Virus record (IMG/VR): IMGVR_UViG_3300017752_000010
Location: 1-60,069 of that record
Length of the DNA: 60,069 nucleotides
DNA from: a virus
Taxonomy: Duplodnaviria > Caudoviricetes
Strand: one strand, 5' to 3'
The position numbers were made by a program, and so were the translations under genes. Each line of letters opens with the position of its first letter. Position 1 is the first letter of the stretch. The notes beneath the pieces are model-generated. The model ran no database searches, was not told the DNA's origin, and was given only the letters and a program-made list of their open reading frames with translations. Shown piece after piece: positions 20,449 to 30,295 of the stretch.

Positions 20449-21849
20449 TTAGAATTTTAGGATGATATTCAAAGATTCAATCTGATCATCATCTCTTGAT
20501 AAAGCATTTTCTAAATAATCAACAGTAAGAACTTGACCACTGTTAAATCTTATTTCTTGTGCAAATTTCTTTGAAATCGTATTATCGTGACTCGTGCTTG
20601 TCAATAAGTCACTATCGTTAAAGTTTTTCTCTAGTTTACCTACATTTAAATAGTAAAGAGTATTACCTGAAGAAGCTACTGGTTTTCCAGCAAAGTCACT
20701 ATCGCCTGACTTATAGAAAATACTATTGTCATCAAAAAGTGATTGACTATTTAAAGTCACTTTATTAGCAATAGTGTAATATTCTTCAGAAGCAATTTTT
20801 TGTGTGTTTTTATCTACAGGATTTTTAATAACACCAATCATTGAGAAATCATTTTGAGCAATGTTTTTAAAATCACCAGACTCAGGAATAGCTCTTGATG
20901 TAAGCATTACATTAAATGCTTTAAGTTCATCAGGAGCATTACTAGCATGACCTTCACTAGGAGCGATATCAGCTTTGAATATTGTGTATGCTGTTTGATC
21001 TGAATCAGAGTCATCATAAGCTACAGGAATAGCTGTGTAACCCTTACCTGGTTGATCTACTTGAAACTGCCATTTTAAATCGCTATCATTATTTCTAGTC
21101 GCAGTTCCTAAAAATTCTTGTGTAACGCTACTTCCAGTACCATCTCTTAAACGAAGCGGTATAGAAGTCTTATTAGTAAAGTTTCTAATATCTGAATCAT
21201 TTGCAACAGGGTTAATTCTAATATTCCAAACTCCGCCTACAACAGCACTATTTTGAGCTTGGAGTTGATCGTATTTTGCCGTACCACTTGTTGTGCTTTG
21301 AGCATCAGTAGTAGTAATTTTTTCTGGAACAGGCATATATGTATTATTCAAGAAAAGAATCGATTCTGAATTTGTAATAGTGTACATATACTGCCACCAG
21401 TGATTATCAACTGTTTTGAAAGCAGTGGAAGAAATACCAGTTGGTGGAACAGTAGAAACAGCGTTTGGCGCGAATAAACATTTATAAACATTTTGACGTG
21501 GTACACCCTGAACAACTTCAGTTGACAATACATAGAAGTCGCTATCAGTAGTTACAGTATCATACCAACCAATATACTTTTTATTCTTAGACCAATTCTT
21601 TCTTGGTATAACTCTTGATACGCCACCAGGTAAAACACGGTGCATAGTAACAATATTTCTATATACTTGCACAAGATCTGAATCAGTAATTTCTTCAGAC
21701 AAATCACTATCAGCAAATGGATATGCGGTTTGATCTGAATACGCTACATAGATGTAAAAAGTATCATCGTTTGTCGTATCACGAATTAAATCACGGATGC
21801 CGCCTGAAAGTGCGGATTTTATAGATGTTGTAAATTTACCAATAGACAT
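20449..21849 (-). CDS. gp8: baseplate wedge subunit gp8
   Basis: VIPR.NW, FYV, NVYKCL, STVPPTG, D.HWWQYMYTI, YMPVP, IESLNIILKF. Confidence 0.8.
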   Translation of the reverse strand: MSIGKFTTSIKSALSGGIRDLIRDTTNDDTFYIYVAYSDQTAYPFADSDLSEEITDSDLVQVYRNIVTMHRVLPGGVSRVIPRKNWSKNKKYIGWYDTVTTDSDFYVLSTEVVQGVPRQNVYKCLFAPNAVSTVPPTGISSTAFKTVDNHWWQYMYTITNSESILFLNNTYMPVPEKITTTDAQSTTSGTAKYDQLQAQNSAVVGGVWNIRINPVANDSDIRNFTNKTSIPLRLRDGTGSSVTQEFLGTATRNNDSDLKWQFQVDQPGKGYTAIPVAYDDSDSDQTAYTIFKADIAPSEGHASNAPDELKAFNVMLTSRAIPESGDFKNIAQNDFSMIGVIKNPVDKNTQKIASEEYYTIANKVTLNSQSLFDDNSIFYKSGDSDFAGKPVASSGNTLYYLNVGKLEKNFNDSDLLTSTSHDNTISKKFAQEIRFNSGQVLTVDYLENALSRDDDQIESLNIILKF

Positions 21850-21852
21850 TAA

Positions 21853-24800
21853 TTATTTTCTCTTCTTATCCAAAGGATACCGAATCACAGAGTCACTATC
21901 TAAGATTTGAACTGTAGTATTTATTCCAGTCAGGTAATATGGCTGAATTACTGGCATAGAAGTGGTGTTTTCTGAATCACCATAAATGCCAAAAGCTTTC
22001 TTAGAATGAGGTGCTTTTCTAGTTACAAATTTTGTAACTCTTCTTTGTTCATCTAATCTATACTTATTACGAATTCTAGATTCAGGAGCTAACTTGTCCG
22101 AATCATAATCTGAATCAGAATAATCATTAGAAATATTCATTCTAGAAGCATAGTCGCCTACAATTTGCCAACCTGTAGAAATGTCTGAATCTCGATTACT
22201 ATTAAAATTATTATACTTTGCTTCGTAAGCTTCAAGATCATAAAGTGTTTCACGACCATCTATAAACGACAGTCTTTTTTCAAGATAAAGAGCTTCATTT
22301 AGTTCTTTAGCTTTTTTCTGCTGCAATTCAACTTTTCTATTTTTAGCTGAATCAAAAGTAATAGAATCACTATCGCTATCTTTGACTTTATCATATTTTA
22401 CTTTACTAAATGGATTCTTAACAGCATCCCATCTAATAAAAGTTTCGTTAGTAAGATCAGAATCGTATGCTCTAATAAAACTTAAATCTTCATATGCAGT
22501 TTTTACAAGAACAATTGCATTTCTATTTTCATAACGGCTTGTGCTATAAAGACTTGGCTTATAATAAGTTTTAGAATTTGTTGAAATATAAGTTGGATCA
22601 GTATCATAGCTTTGAGTTGAAATCGACCGCATAAAGAAATCAGAATCAATTCCAGATCTTAAAGCCCAACCATTAGAATTTGCTTGGTTGTCTTTTGAAT
22701 TTCTATAAAAATACATAGTGTAATTGTCGTATTCTGAATCACTATCAAAGTTATTTACAATATCACTATAATGACCTTCACTATCGAATACTGTCCATTC
22801 ACTATGTATCAAACCAACTGGCTCATAATCAAACCAAGCATTACCATGTTGACCAATCTCTACACTGCTAGCAGCTTGTCTTGTGTAGTCAGCAGTCAAA
22901 AGAGTACCTGTTGCGTCATTAGTTAAAGAAACTAAATTGTATGGATTTGATTCAAATGTAACACTATCAGAAAGTACAACTTGTCCAAGTCGTGATGCAT
23001 CATCGTAAAAATCATCATCAGCATCAAAGGTAAATGATAGTTCTTCAATATCAGTTTGACCTTGTACTACATCAGTTGACAAACTGATATTTTGATTAGA
23101 GTTAACATTTAACTCTCCAAACAACTGTAAACCAGCCGGATGAAGTGTAGTTTTTACTTTACCTTTCCAATCTTTAATTGGCAAGCTAGACTGAATAATG
23201 TAAGAAAATTCAGAAATTGTAAAGTTGTCTCTAATTACTCCACCAGAAACAGAACTTAAAAAACCAGATTCATCTAGATATCTTTTTTGTGTAAGAGAAA
23301 CTGTATTGAATGTCGTCTTCAGCTCTGGCGAAGAATATCTTGTTACAACGTTAGATATTGGAAAAGTTTCTGGAGTTAGAACTTGACCATTTTCAGGACT
23401 AATTCTTGCTATTCTAAGGATAGAAAATTGTTTATTATCATAGAATGAGATATCAGAAATATTTGGAAAAAGTAAATCACTATCACCACTTGATCCATTG
23501 GATTTAGCATTTTGAACGCGCGAGATAGTGTAAGATCTTGAATCAGCAGATTTAGAACTAATTACACCGCCATATCCTGTTCCAGTAAACTTACCAATGC
23601 TATAATTACCAGCATTTTCTGAATCTGCTTCTCTAGGCGAAACAATAACTTCAGTGCTATACTGAACTGAAAGATCTGAATCATTAAAAGATTTTAATCC
23701 TAACTGATCAAAGTGAAAATCATCTAATCTATAAAGACTTGGCTGATCAATAGTAACAGTAAATACATAATGTTTTTTAAGACCAGTTAAATCACTATCA
23801 GAATCGACTGTAACTACTGCTCCAGCCCCAAGATTATTAACAAAATCTGAATCAGCCAAATATCTTTGAATAATAATCGGATTTCTAGATTCAGTATCTA
23901 GACCATCAATATCAGAATCTGAAAAAGTTTTAAATTGGAATTGAAAGTTTTCCGAATCCCATTTAACAGGTAATTGAATGTTACCAATTGTTGTTCTAGA
24001 ACCTGAATTGCCAAAGGCATAATCACTATCATAGAAAAATTTAATTTTTACTAGTTCACTATCATTTTCGAAACTTTGCGTTTGAGCATCAGGTTCAAAG
24101 TACTGAAACTCAACAATTGAACCAACGGTGATGTCTTCATTTTGAGCAATATCAAAAGAGATAGGTGCAAAGATTTGTGGAACACCTAATTCATCTGAAT
24201 CAAAAAAGCCTGAATTTGTAATTGATAGATTTTGAATTGCGCCAACACTTTCAGACCAACCAGCAACACTAGCACCAGAACCAGTAGCAGTTCTAACAAA
24301 TGCTTGAGGTACAGTAGTATATGCTCCACCTTGGTTAATTGGAATAGAAGTATCTACAAAATCATCTGATAAATAACCATTGTTATTTGCACCAGTTCTA
24401 GCATTAACACCATCAATTTGAGTAATAGCACCTTGTAAATCTACTGCAGTAATAACAGCAATAGCTCCAGCACCAAGTCTGGAATCTTCATTTATGAATT
24501 CAATTGTATCATTTACACGGTAATTAAGACCTCTATTTCTAATAAAGATTCTTTCGATAGCACCAGTAGAAATTTGGTCAACAGATACATTAATATCTTC
24601 TTTGTCATCAGTAACTGAGATTAAATCTCCAACTCTCATTCCTGAAGATTTACCTACAACCTCCATAGAACTTACGTGACTAAGAATTTTTATGCCTACA
24701 TTTTTTGTATTGTCAATAGGATCTCTTAAGATATATTCAGAACCTCTTGAAAGACTATTCATAATTGTTGTAGAATCAGGCAATTGACTTAGAATTAAAG

Positions 24801-25443
24801 TTAAAACTGGTTGAAATTCGTTTTCAGATCCAGAAAAATTTGTTCTTCTAATAACACCTTCATAAGTACCATCAACAACAACAAGCGATTGAGAACCTTC
24901 ACTATCAACAGCATCAGAATCTAGTCTAATTGTAGCAAGTTCATACGTAAAATCTTCTAGTTTTTCAGCGTTATTGGTGATTGAAACTTTGATTTGCGCA
25001 AAGTTAACATACAATCCTTCGGAAGCTTGAATAATTTGATCTTTAGGTTCAAAGACATCAATTTTTTCGCCATACAATAAAGCAAAAAGCAATTCATAAG
25101 ATTTAGGTGTACCTTTTGACAGGTAAATATCTCTTACCTTATTTAGCAAAAATGCATCTGTTACAGCATTACCAGCAATATCAATTGGAATTAACTGTCT
25201 TTGAAAGTGAACTACAAAATCATCTAGTGTTGTGTAAACATCGATGTGTTTTTCAGCTTCAGCAATAAGAGTACCAGCATTTGGATTTCTTTTATATCTG
25301 TTTTTTACACTAGATGAATCACTATCACTGGAAGCTTCCAAATATTCGTAATACGCTTCAAAGAATGTTTGAAACATCGGATGATCTGAACGAATAAAGT
25401 CAGGAAGTAAATCCTTGACTAATGGAAGTATATTTTTTGCCAT
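21853..25443 (-). CDS. gp7: baseplate wedge initiator gp7-like, DS(D/E)-rich
   Basis: LPDFIRSDHP.F..F.EAYYEY, Y.SKGT..SY..LF..LYG, FSYII.S, LHPAGLQLFGE; about 26 DS[D/E] by hand count. Confidence 0.8.
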   Translation of the reverse strand: MAKNILPLVKDLLPDFIRSDHPMFQTFFEAYYEYLEASSDSDSSSVKNRYKRNPNAGTLIAEAEKHIDVYTTLDDFVVHFQRQLIPIDIAGNAVTDAFLLNKVRDIYLSKGTPKSYELLFALLYGEKIDVFEPKDQIIQASEGLYVNFAQIKVSITNNAEKLEDFTYELATIRLDSDAVDSEGSQSLVVVDGTYEGVIRRTNFSGSENEFQPVLTLILSQLPDSTTIMNSLSRGSEYILRDPIDNTKNVGIKILSHVSSMEVVGKSSGMRVGDLISVTDDKEDINVSVDQISTGAIERIFIRNRGLNYRVNDTIEFINEDSRLGAGAIAVITAVDLQGAITQIDGVNARTGANNNGYLSDDFVDTSIPINQGGAYTTVPQAFVRTATGSGASVAGWSESVGAIQNLSITNSGFFDSDELGVPQIFAPISFDIAQNEDITVGSIVEFQYFEPDAQTQSFENDSELVKIKFFYDSDYAFGNSGSRTTIGNIQLPVKWDSENFQFQFKTFSDSDIDGLDTESRNPIIIQRYLADSDFVNNLGAGAVVTVDSDSDLTGLKKHYVFTVTIDQPSLYRLDDFHFDQLGLKSFNDSDLSVQYSTEVIVSPREADSENAGNYSIGKFTGTGYGGVISSKSADSRSYTISRVQNAKSNGSSGDSDLLFPNISDISFYDNKQFSILRIARISPENGQVLTPETFPISNVVTRYSSPELKTTFNTVSLTQKRYLDESGFLSSVSGGVIRDNFTISEFSYIIQSSLPIKDWKGKVKTTLHPAGLQLFGELNVNSNQNISLSTDVVQGQTDIEELSFTFDADDDFYDDASRLGQVVLSDSVTFESNPYNLVSLTNDATGTLLTADYTRQAASSVEIGQHGNAWFDYEPVGLIHSEWTVFDSEGHYSDIVNNFDSDSEYDNYTMYFYRNSKDNQANSNGWALRSGIDSDFFMRSISTQSYDTDPTYISTNSKTYYKPSLYSTSRYENRNAIVLVKTAYEDLSFIRAYDSDLTNETFIRWDAVKNPFSKVKYDKVKDSDSDSITFDSAKNRKVELQQKKAKELNEALYLEKRLSFIDGRETLYDLEAYEAKYNNFNSNRDSDISTGWQIVGDYASRMNISNDYSDSDYDSDKLAPESRIRNKYRLDEQRRVTKFVTRKAPHSKKAFGIYGDSENTTSMPVIQPYYLTGINTTVQILDSDSVIRYPLDKKRK

Positions 25444-25445
25444 TA

Positions 25446-27287
25446 TTATTTAGCTCTACTTACGTTATATGTTGCCAAGGCTTCTTTATCATCTTGGCTA
25501 ATTGCTCTTGCTGTAGAATCACCAATAGACATTTGAAGTAAATAGTTATCTTTTGCTTCTACATCAAAAGACTCTGGAATTACTATAATACCAATTTTAC
25601 CATCTTGCGGGTCAAAGTCACTGATTTCAACTTCACCAGTAGTGTAGTTAATAGATCCTGCACTTGAATTTACTACAATTTTATCACCTTCAACTATATC
25701 AACTAAAAGCAAAGTACCTCTACCATCATCTAATAATTGAGATTGATTAGCTCTACCCTGTCTCTTAAATAAAGTGCTTGCAAGTACTGCACCTTGAGAA
25801 GCTTCTCCAGCATAAGTTACTTCGTGTAATCTATTACCAAAAGAAAATTCTGGAACATCTAAAATTCCATCTTTAGCAACTACATCAAATCTTAAATTAA
25901 TTCTTGGGTTTGCTGAAGTGATAGCAGTGTCAAGATTTAAAATTTCAGTAGTTAGTTTGGAAACTTGAAAACTTTTTAAGAAATCGCCGATGTAAGTAGT
26001 ATTCAATGTGTTATAAAGTGCGTTAACTTGAGCTACTAAATTTTCAGGTGTGCCATTCAAATTAGATGGATCATATTGAATTACAGTTTTAGCAATAACC
26101 TTAATAATATTTGGATCAACAATTTCAGGTCTAACTGTAACGAGATTAAACTTAGATAAAATATCTCGGGTAATGGTCAACTTTGCTTGTTCTGTTAGTT
26201 TATCTGCATTTTTAGGTTTAATTGAAAAGAAAACCTTGCCTGGTTTTCCAACTTTTTCTCCACCATAAACACTGATTGTCTGAATATCTGAATAGTTTTG
26301 TTTTAAAATAGTTTCATAATCTTTTTCTGTAACAGCTCTAAACTGCGATTGAAACCAATTTGGAGCGTTATCTTTAATTTCTCTAATAGATTCAGGTTCA
26401 GATCCACCTTCAGCAATGGTTGAAGAAGCAATAGTGAAATCACCAGTAGTAGGTGCGACACCGTTTGCGGCTGAACCACTTGTTACAAGATACGAAACCA
26501 AAATCTCTTCACCAACTTGTAGTTTCTTACCAATAACGCCATTACCAAATCTCAGTCTGTAGTTTCCATCACTAACTTCTTCTAAAAAGTAGATAGTACT
26601 CTCATCGTTTATCGATGTGATGCCTTGTTCTGATGGGCTTACTTGTGTATACTTTACAGCGTTTGAATAAGTACTAGCAGATCCACTCGTAAAAGTGTCT
26701 TCTTGAGGATTTACAAGAACAGTAAGTGTGCTAGTATCTACATTTGCATTATTGATTTCAAATACAGGAAATTCTTCTCTAACATTATCTACAATAAATC
26801 TCTGAGTAATTGGCGTGCCTTCATAAACTGAAACTTTAATAGTCTTTTCAGTTCCTACTGGATCAGTATCATCAAACTGAAGAGTGTTACTATCTAAAGG
26901 AAAGAATCTAAATGTTGTAGTTCCAGAAGATGCCGTAAATGTAGAATATGCTGGAATCGTAACAAAGTTAGAAGAAGCTTTTTGAACTGACAAACTAAGA
27001 GTAGAAGTAGCAGAAGTTGCACTGCGTGGTGTGTAGTTCAGCATTCTTGCAATTGATACTACATTTTTTCGAAGCAATGCGCTATCAAGGAACATCTCAT
27101 TTACCAAGAAATTTGCTGTAAGATTATTATAGTGGGTGTTGTAAGCAAGAACATCCATCAACAAATTTAAACTTGATCCAGTGAATTCATAATCTTGGAA
27201 TTCTGGTCTATTTTTAAAATATCTTACTAGATCAGATTTAATATCATCAAAATCTAGGTTTGCGATTACAGGTCTGTTATCAGCCAT
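25446..27287 (-). CDS. gp6: baseplate wedge subunit gp6
   Basis: LDFDDIK..L, DYEF.GS.L..L.DVLAYNTHY, NEMFLDSA, FGNG..GK, RAVT..DY. Confidence 0.92.
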   Translation of the reverse strand: MADNRPVIANLDFDDIKSDLVRYFKNRPEFQDYEFTGSSLNLLMDVLAYNTHYNNLTANFLVNEMFLDSALLRKNVVSIARMLNYTPRSATSATSTLSLSVQKASSNFVTIPAYSTFTASSGTTTFRFFPLDSNTLQFDDTDPVGTEKTIKVSVYEGTPITQRFIVDNVREEFPVFEINNANVDTSTLTVLVNPQEDTFTSGSASTYSNAVKYTQVSPSEQGITSINDESTIYFLEEVSDGNYRLRFGNGVIGKKLQVGEEILVSYLVTSGSAANGVAPTTGDFTIASSTIAEGGSEPESIREIKDNAPNWFQSQFRAVTEKDYETILKQNYSDIQTISVYGGEKVGKPGKVFFSIKPKNADKLTEQAKLTITRDILSKFNLVTVRPEIVDPNIIKVIAKTVIQYDPSNLNGTPENLVAQVNALYNTLNTTYIGDFLKSFQVSKLTTEILNLDTAITSANPRINLRFDVVAKDGILDVPEFSFGNRLHEVTYAGEASQGAVLASTLFKRQGRANQSQLLDDGRGTLLLVDIVEGDKIVVNSSAGSINYTTGEVEISDFDPQDGKIGIIVIPESFDVEAKDNYLLQMSIGDSTARAISQDDKEALATYNVSRAK

Positions 27288-27293
27288 TTTTAT

Positions 27294-27701
27294 TTACCTT
27301 AGTCTTTCAAGAACAATATTTGCGTCAGCTATTTCTTTGACGTCATTCATACTATATCTAATCGAAATTGCATATGCATTTGCATCAGAATTATCTTGAA
27401 CAATTACATCCAATACGTTAACTCTTGGTTCGTAATTAGCAATTGTCATCTCAATGATGTTTTTTAAATCCGCAATCGTCAATGGATCAGCAGGTTCAAA
27501 GAGAAGTGCTCTCGCATTTGAACCTACATCAGGCTGAAACGGCCTTTCGAAAAAGTTTGTAAGAATTAAAGTTTTCAAAGACTGATTAATAGCTGCTGCA
27601 TCTGTTTTTACACCAATATCACCAGTTAGAGCATTTCTTGTAAAGCTCAGGTCAAAGTCTTTGTAAATATTTTTTCTTTGAAAGGAGGGTTGTCTCGCCA
27701 T
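27294..27701 (-). CDS. gp25: baseplate wedge subunit gp25
   Basis: YKDFDLSF, AINQSLK.LILT..FERPFQP..GS, YEPRV, LERLR. Confidence 0.9.
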   Translation of the reverse strand: MARQPSFQRKNIYKDFDLSFTRNALTGDIGVKTDAAAINQSLKTLILTNFFERPFQPDVGSNARALLFEPADPLTIADLKNIIEMTIANYEPRVNVLDVIVQDNSDANAYAISIRYSMNDVKEIADANIVLERLR

Positions 27702-27728
27702 AAGTTATTTATTATAGCGGTCGCAATA

Positions 27729-28265
27729 TTAGGGATGATAGAAAATATGCCTATCAATTACTACTTTCTTTTTAAATTGAAAGGACCATGTGGGTGTTAC
27801 ATAATCTGCATGATAAAAAAGAGCACCATCAGTCATATCAATTATTGAATCTGATTTTGCAACAATTTGTTTTGATAGCTCGTAAATTTCCCAAAAAACT
27901 TTTTTAGATTTGATTACGTCAGGTTGACCATCGCAGTACCAACTAAATTGGCAACGATTTTTGTATGCATATAATTTTCCTGTCAACTTACTTTCGTAAT
28001 GAGGTCCTTCATATACTACTTCACAAATAGTATCAGGAAAATCTTTTGACTTTAACCTATTCATTGTAACGTTACCAACCGCTACTTTGCCTGCAGTTGA
28101 TTCATTTCTTGATTCCATATAAATGTTTTGAGCCATACAAAACGTTTGCGGATCAAGATTTAAAGTAATTTCTAACTTTTCTTCTGCAGTTTCAGTTTTG
28201 TGTGGAACTTCATTCATCCCTGAGAGAGAAATGACAGTTGCGAGCATGCTATCTAATAATTTCAT
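27729..28265 (-). CDS. cell wall hydrolase (SleB / Hydrolase_2 family)
   Basis: CMAQNIY.E.R, V.NV..NR, FP.TIC.VV, CQFSW.CDG, GALFYHA.YV.P.W, I..HIFY. Confidence 0.88.
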   Translation of the reverse strand: MKLLDSMLATVISLSGMNEVPHKTETAEEKLEITLNLDPQTFCMAQNIYMESRNESTAGKVAVGNVTMNRLKSKDFPDTICEVVYEGPHYESKLTGKLYAYKNRCQFSWYCDGQPDVIKSKKVFWEIYELSKQIVAKSDSIIDMTDGALFYHADYVTPTWSFQFKKKVVIDRHIFYHP

Positions 28266-28333
28266 ATCTTATTACTTATACCAGATTATAACGATTTTTA
28301 GAAATAAATAATCAGTATACACAAAGGTAATTG

Positions 28334-30283
28334 ATGGCTATTAACGACTCAGATATTGGCAATTTTGAAATTGATGCCAATGGCATACGTACTTCACGTG
28401 CACGTATCAAGAAACTCTTAGACAGAAGAAACTATACTGGTCAATCTGACAAAAGAATAGCTTCTGATGCCAAACTCTACTCTTATTATCTACAGCGCAA
28501 TGTTGATAGTGATAAAGCAGAAGTTCAATACAATTACTTTGATTCAGAAAAATATGGTGCTCCAGCTGCATGGAATAGAAACAACCTAAATGTAGGTTGG
28601 ACTTCTTCTGACAGTGAAGGTACCTGGACAAGATTAAGAGAATTTTTAGGAACACAAAATAATTCCGCATATGTTGCTGGTGATTCTTTTGCTGGTGCTC
28701 CTTATGTAATTGCTACAATCGATTCGGATAATACTGTTCGTCACACAGCTTTTCAATTACTTCTAAAAGCTCACCTTACAGATTGGCTTAAATTTGATAC
28801 TGCTGAAAGTAGATCTATAGTAAAAGCTATCAATGCGATGTCTGATGATAGTGAAGGTAGAAAGAAACTAGTAAAAGCCGTAGCAAAAGGTCTAGACTCA
28901 GATTTTGCAGCTAACAACGATATCTTCTCAAGACTTATTGACTCAGTTTCTACAGATACAAATACTAGTATTTTTAATTACTTCAATTCTTATGGTTTGA
29001 TTCCAAATGACTCTGATGACGATTTGCTGACTGGACCAAGTGATGGTCGAGGAATTAAATGGAATAATAGAAGAAGACTAGGTGCTGCTGTAATCGATGC
29101 TATTCAATATGATAGCGAGTATAGAGGTGGCTTTAGTTACAATTTTGGTAATAACACTCTTGTTACGAAATTAGCTGGTTTATTAAATGAAGCATCTGCT
29201 GCAAATGGTATTTTGCAATTCCAAACTTACAATTCTGCTATACCAAGGTATTTAAGATTTGATTGGATTGAGCGTGATTCTGATGGAAGTGGAAACCTTA
29301 CAGCTTCTGATAGCGAAGGTTACTCTTTAGATTATAGAACTCATGTAAATCACGGTTTTGGTGATGCGAAAAACATTAAAGATTCAGATTATATTTCTCT
29401 ATTGACATTTAGAAATGAACAATTCTTTAACCTAATTGCTGCGCACGTTAGTGCTGTTGATTCTGAAAAAATGGACCTTCTTACTGGTTCTGCATTTAGA
29501 GGTCAACGTGATCCTTTAGGTAAAGGTCAAACAAATTACTTTAATTATCATCCTGGTTTTAAGGAAAGATTTAAGTCAATCAATAAACGTTTCTTTGAAC
29601 AAACTCTAATTGAAGCGTATTTATCTAGAGGTACTTCTGAAACTGATAGTGATAGATTACTGCATCGTAGTAAACTTTGGAATACTATGTATCGCTATCT
29701 TGAAAATGTAGATTCAGATGCTCTAGCTTTAACTAGCTTAATTCTAACACGTATCGAAGATGATTCTGATAGTACAAAACGTGTAACTAATTTAGTTCTA
29801 AACTCTATTGATAGCGATTCAGATAATCAGCACACAATAGCTAAAATGGTTCTTGAAGCTTTTGATTTTGATTCAGACTTGCAAAATACAGTAACACGAG
29901 ATGTTGTAGATACAATTAAAGCAGATTCTGATATTAGAGAAGATTTAAAAACATCTTTGAATACTAATCGCAATACAATTACTCATGAACATATTGTTAA
30001 TGATTCAGAAGCTTCTTATGCATCTTTCACCTTTATTGTTCCAGATGGATTTAATCTACCAAATTCAAATATCAACGTGAAGGTTTACATTAACGGCGTA
30101 AAAATGTCGCAGAATCTTTCATACAATAAAGCGGGTACAGCTGTTGTAAATCACTCAACAGATGTTTCATCAGTGATAGTATCTTCTGATGATTCAAACC
30201 CTTTCATAACAGTTAATTTTAGTTCCAATTTACAAATTGGTGAACTTTTAACTGTTGAATACATAACAACATCTGACAGTTAG
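28334..30283 (+). CDS. putative virion protein, DS(D/E)-rich
   Basis: AATAAATA at 28303-28310 and an AAGG SD upstream; about 21 DS[D/E]; C-terminal VYINGV beta-domain. Confidence 0.7.
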   Translation: MAINDSDIGNFEIDANGIRTSRARIKKLLDRRNYTGQSDKRIASDAKLYSYYLQRNVDSDKAEVQYNYFDSEKYGAPAAWNRNNLNVGWTSSDSEGTWTRLREFLGTQNNSAYVAGDSFAGAPYVIATIDSDNTVRHTAFQLLLKAHLTDWLKFDTAESRSIVKAINAMSDDSEGRKKLVKAVAKGLDSDFAANNDIFSRLIDSVSTDTNTSIFNYFNSYGLIPNDSDDDLLTGPSDGRGIKWNNRRRLGAAVIDAIQYDSEYRGGFSYNFGNNTLVTKLAGLLNEASAANGILQFQTYNSAIPRYLRFDWIERDSDGSGNLTASDSEGYSLDYRTHVNHGFGDAKNIKDSDYISLLTFRNEQFFNLIAAHVSAVDSEKMDLLTGSAFRGQRDPLGKGQTNYFNYHPGFKERFKSINKRFFEQTLIEAYLSRGTSETDSDRLLHRSKLWNTMYRYLENVDSDALALTSLILTRIEDDSDSTKRVTNLVLNSIDSDSDNQHTIAKMVLEAFDFDSDLQNTVTRDVVDTIKADSDIREDLKTSLNTNRNTITHEHIVNDSEASYASFTFIVPDGFNLPNSNINVKVYINGVKMSQNLSYNKAGTAVVNHSTDVSSVIVSSDDSNPFITVNFSSNLQIGELLTVEYITTSDS

Positions 30284-30295
30284 GATAAATAATAT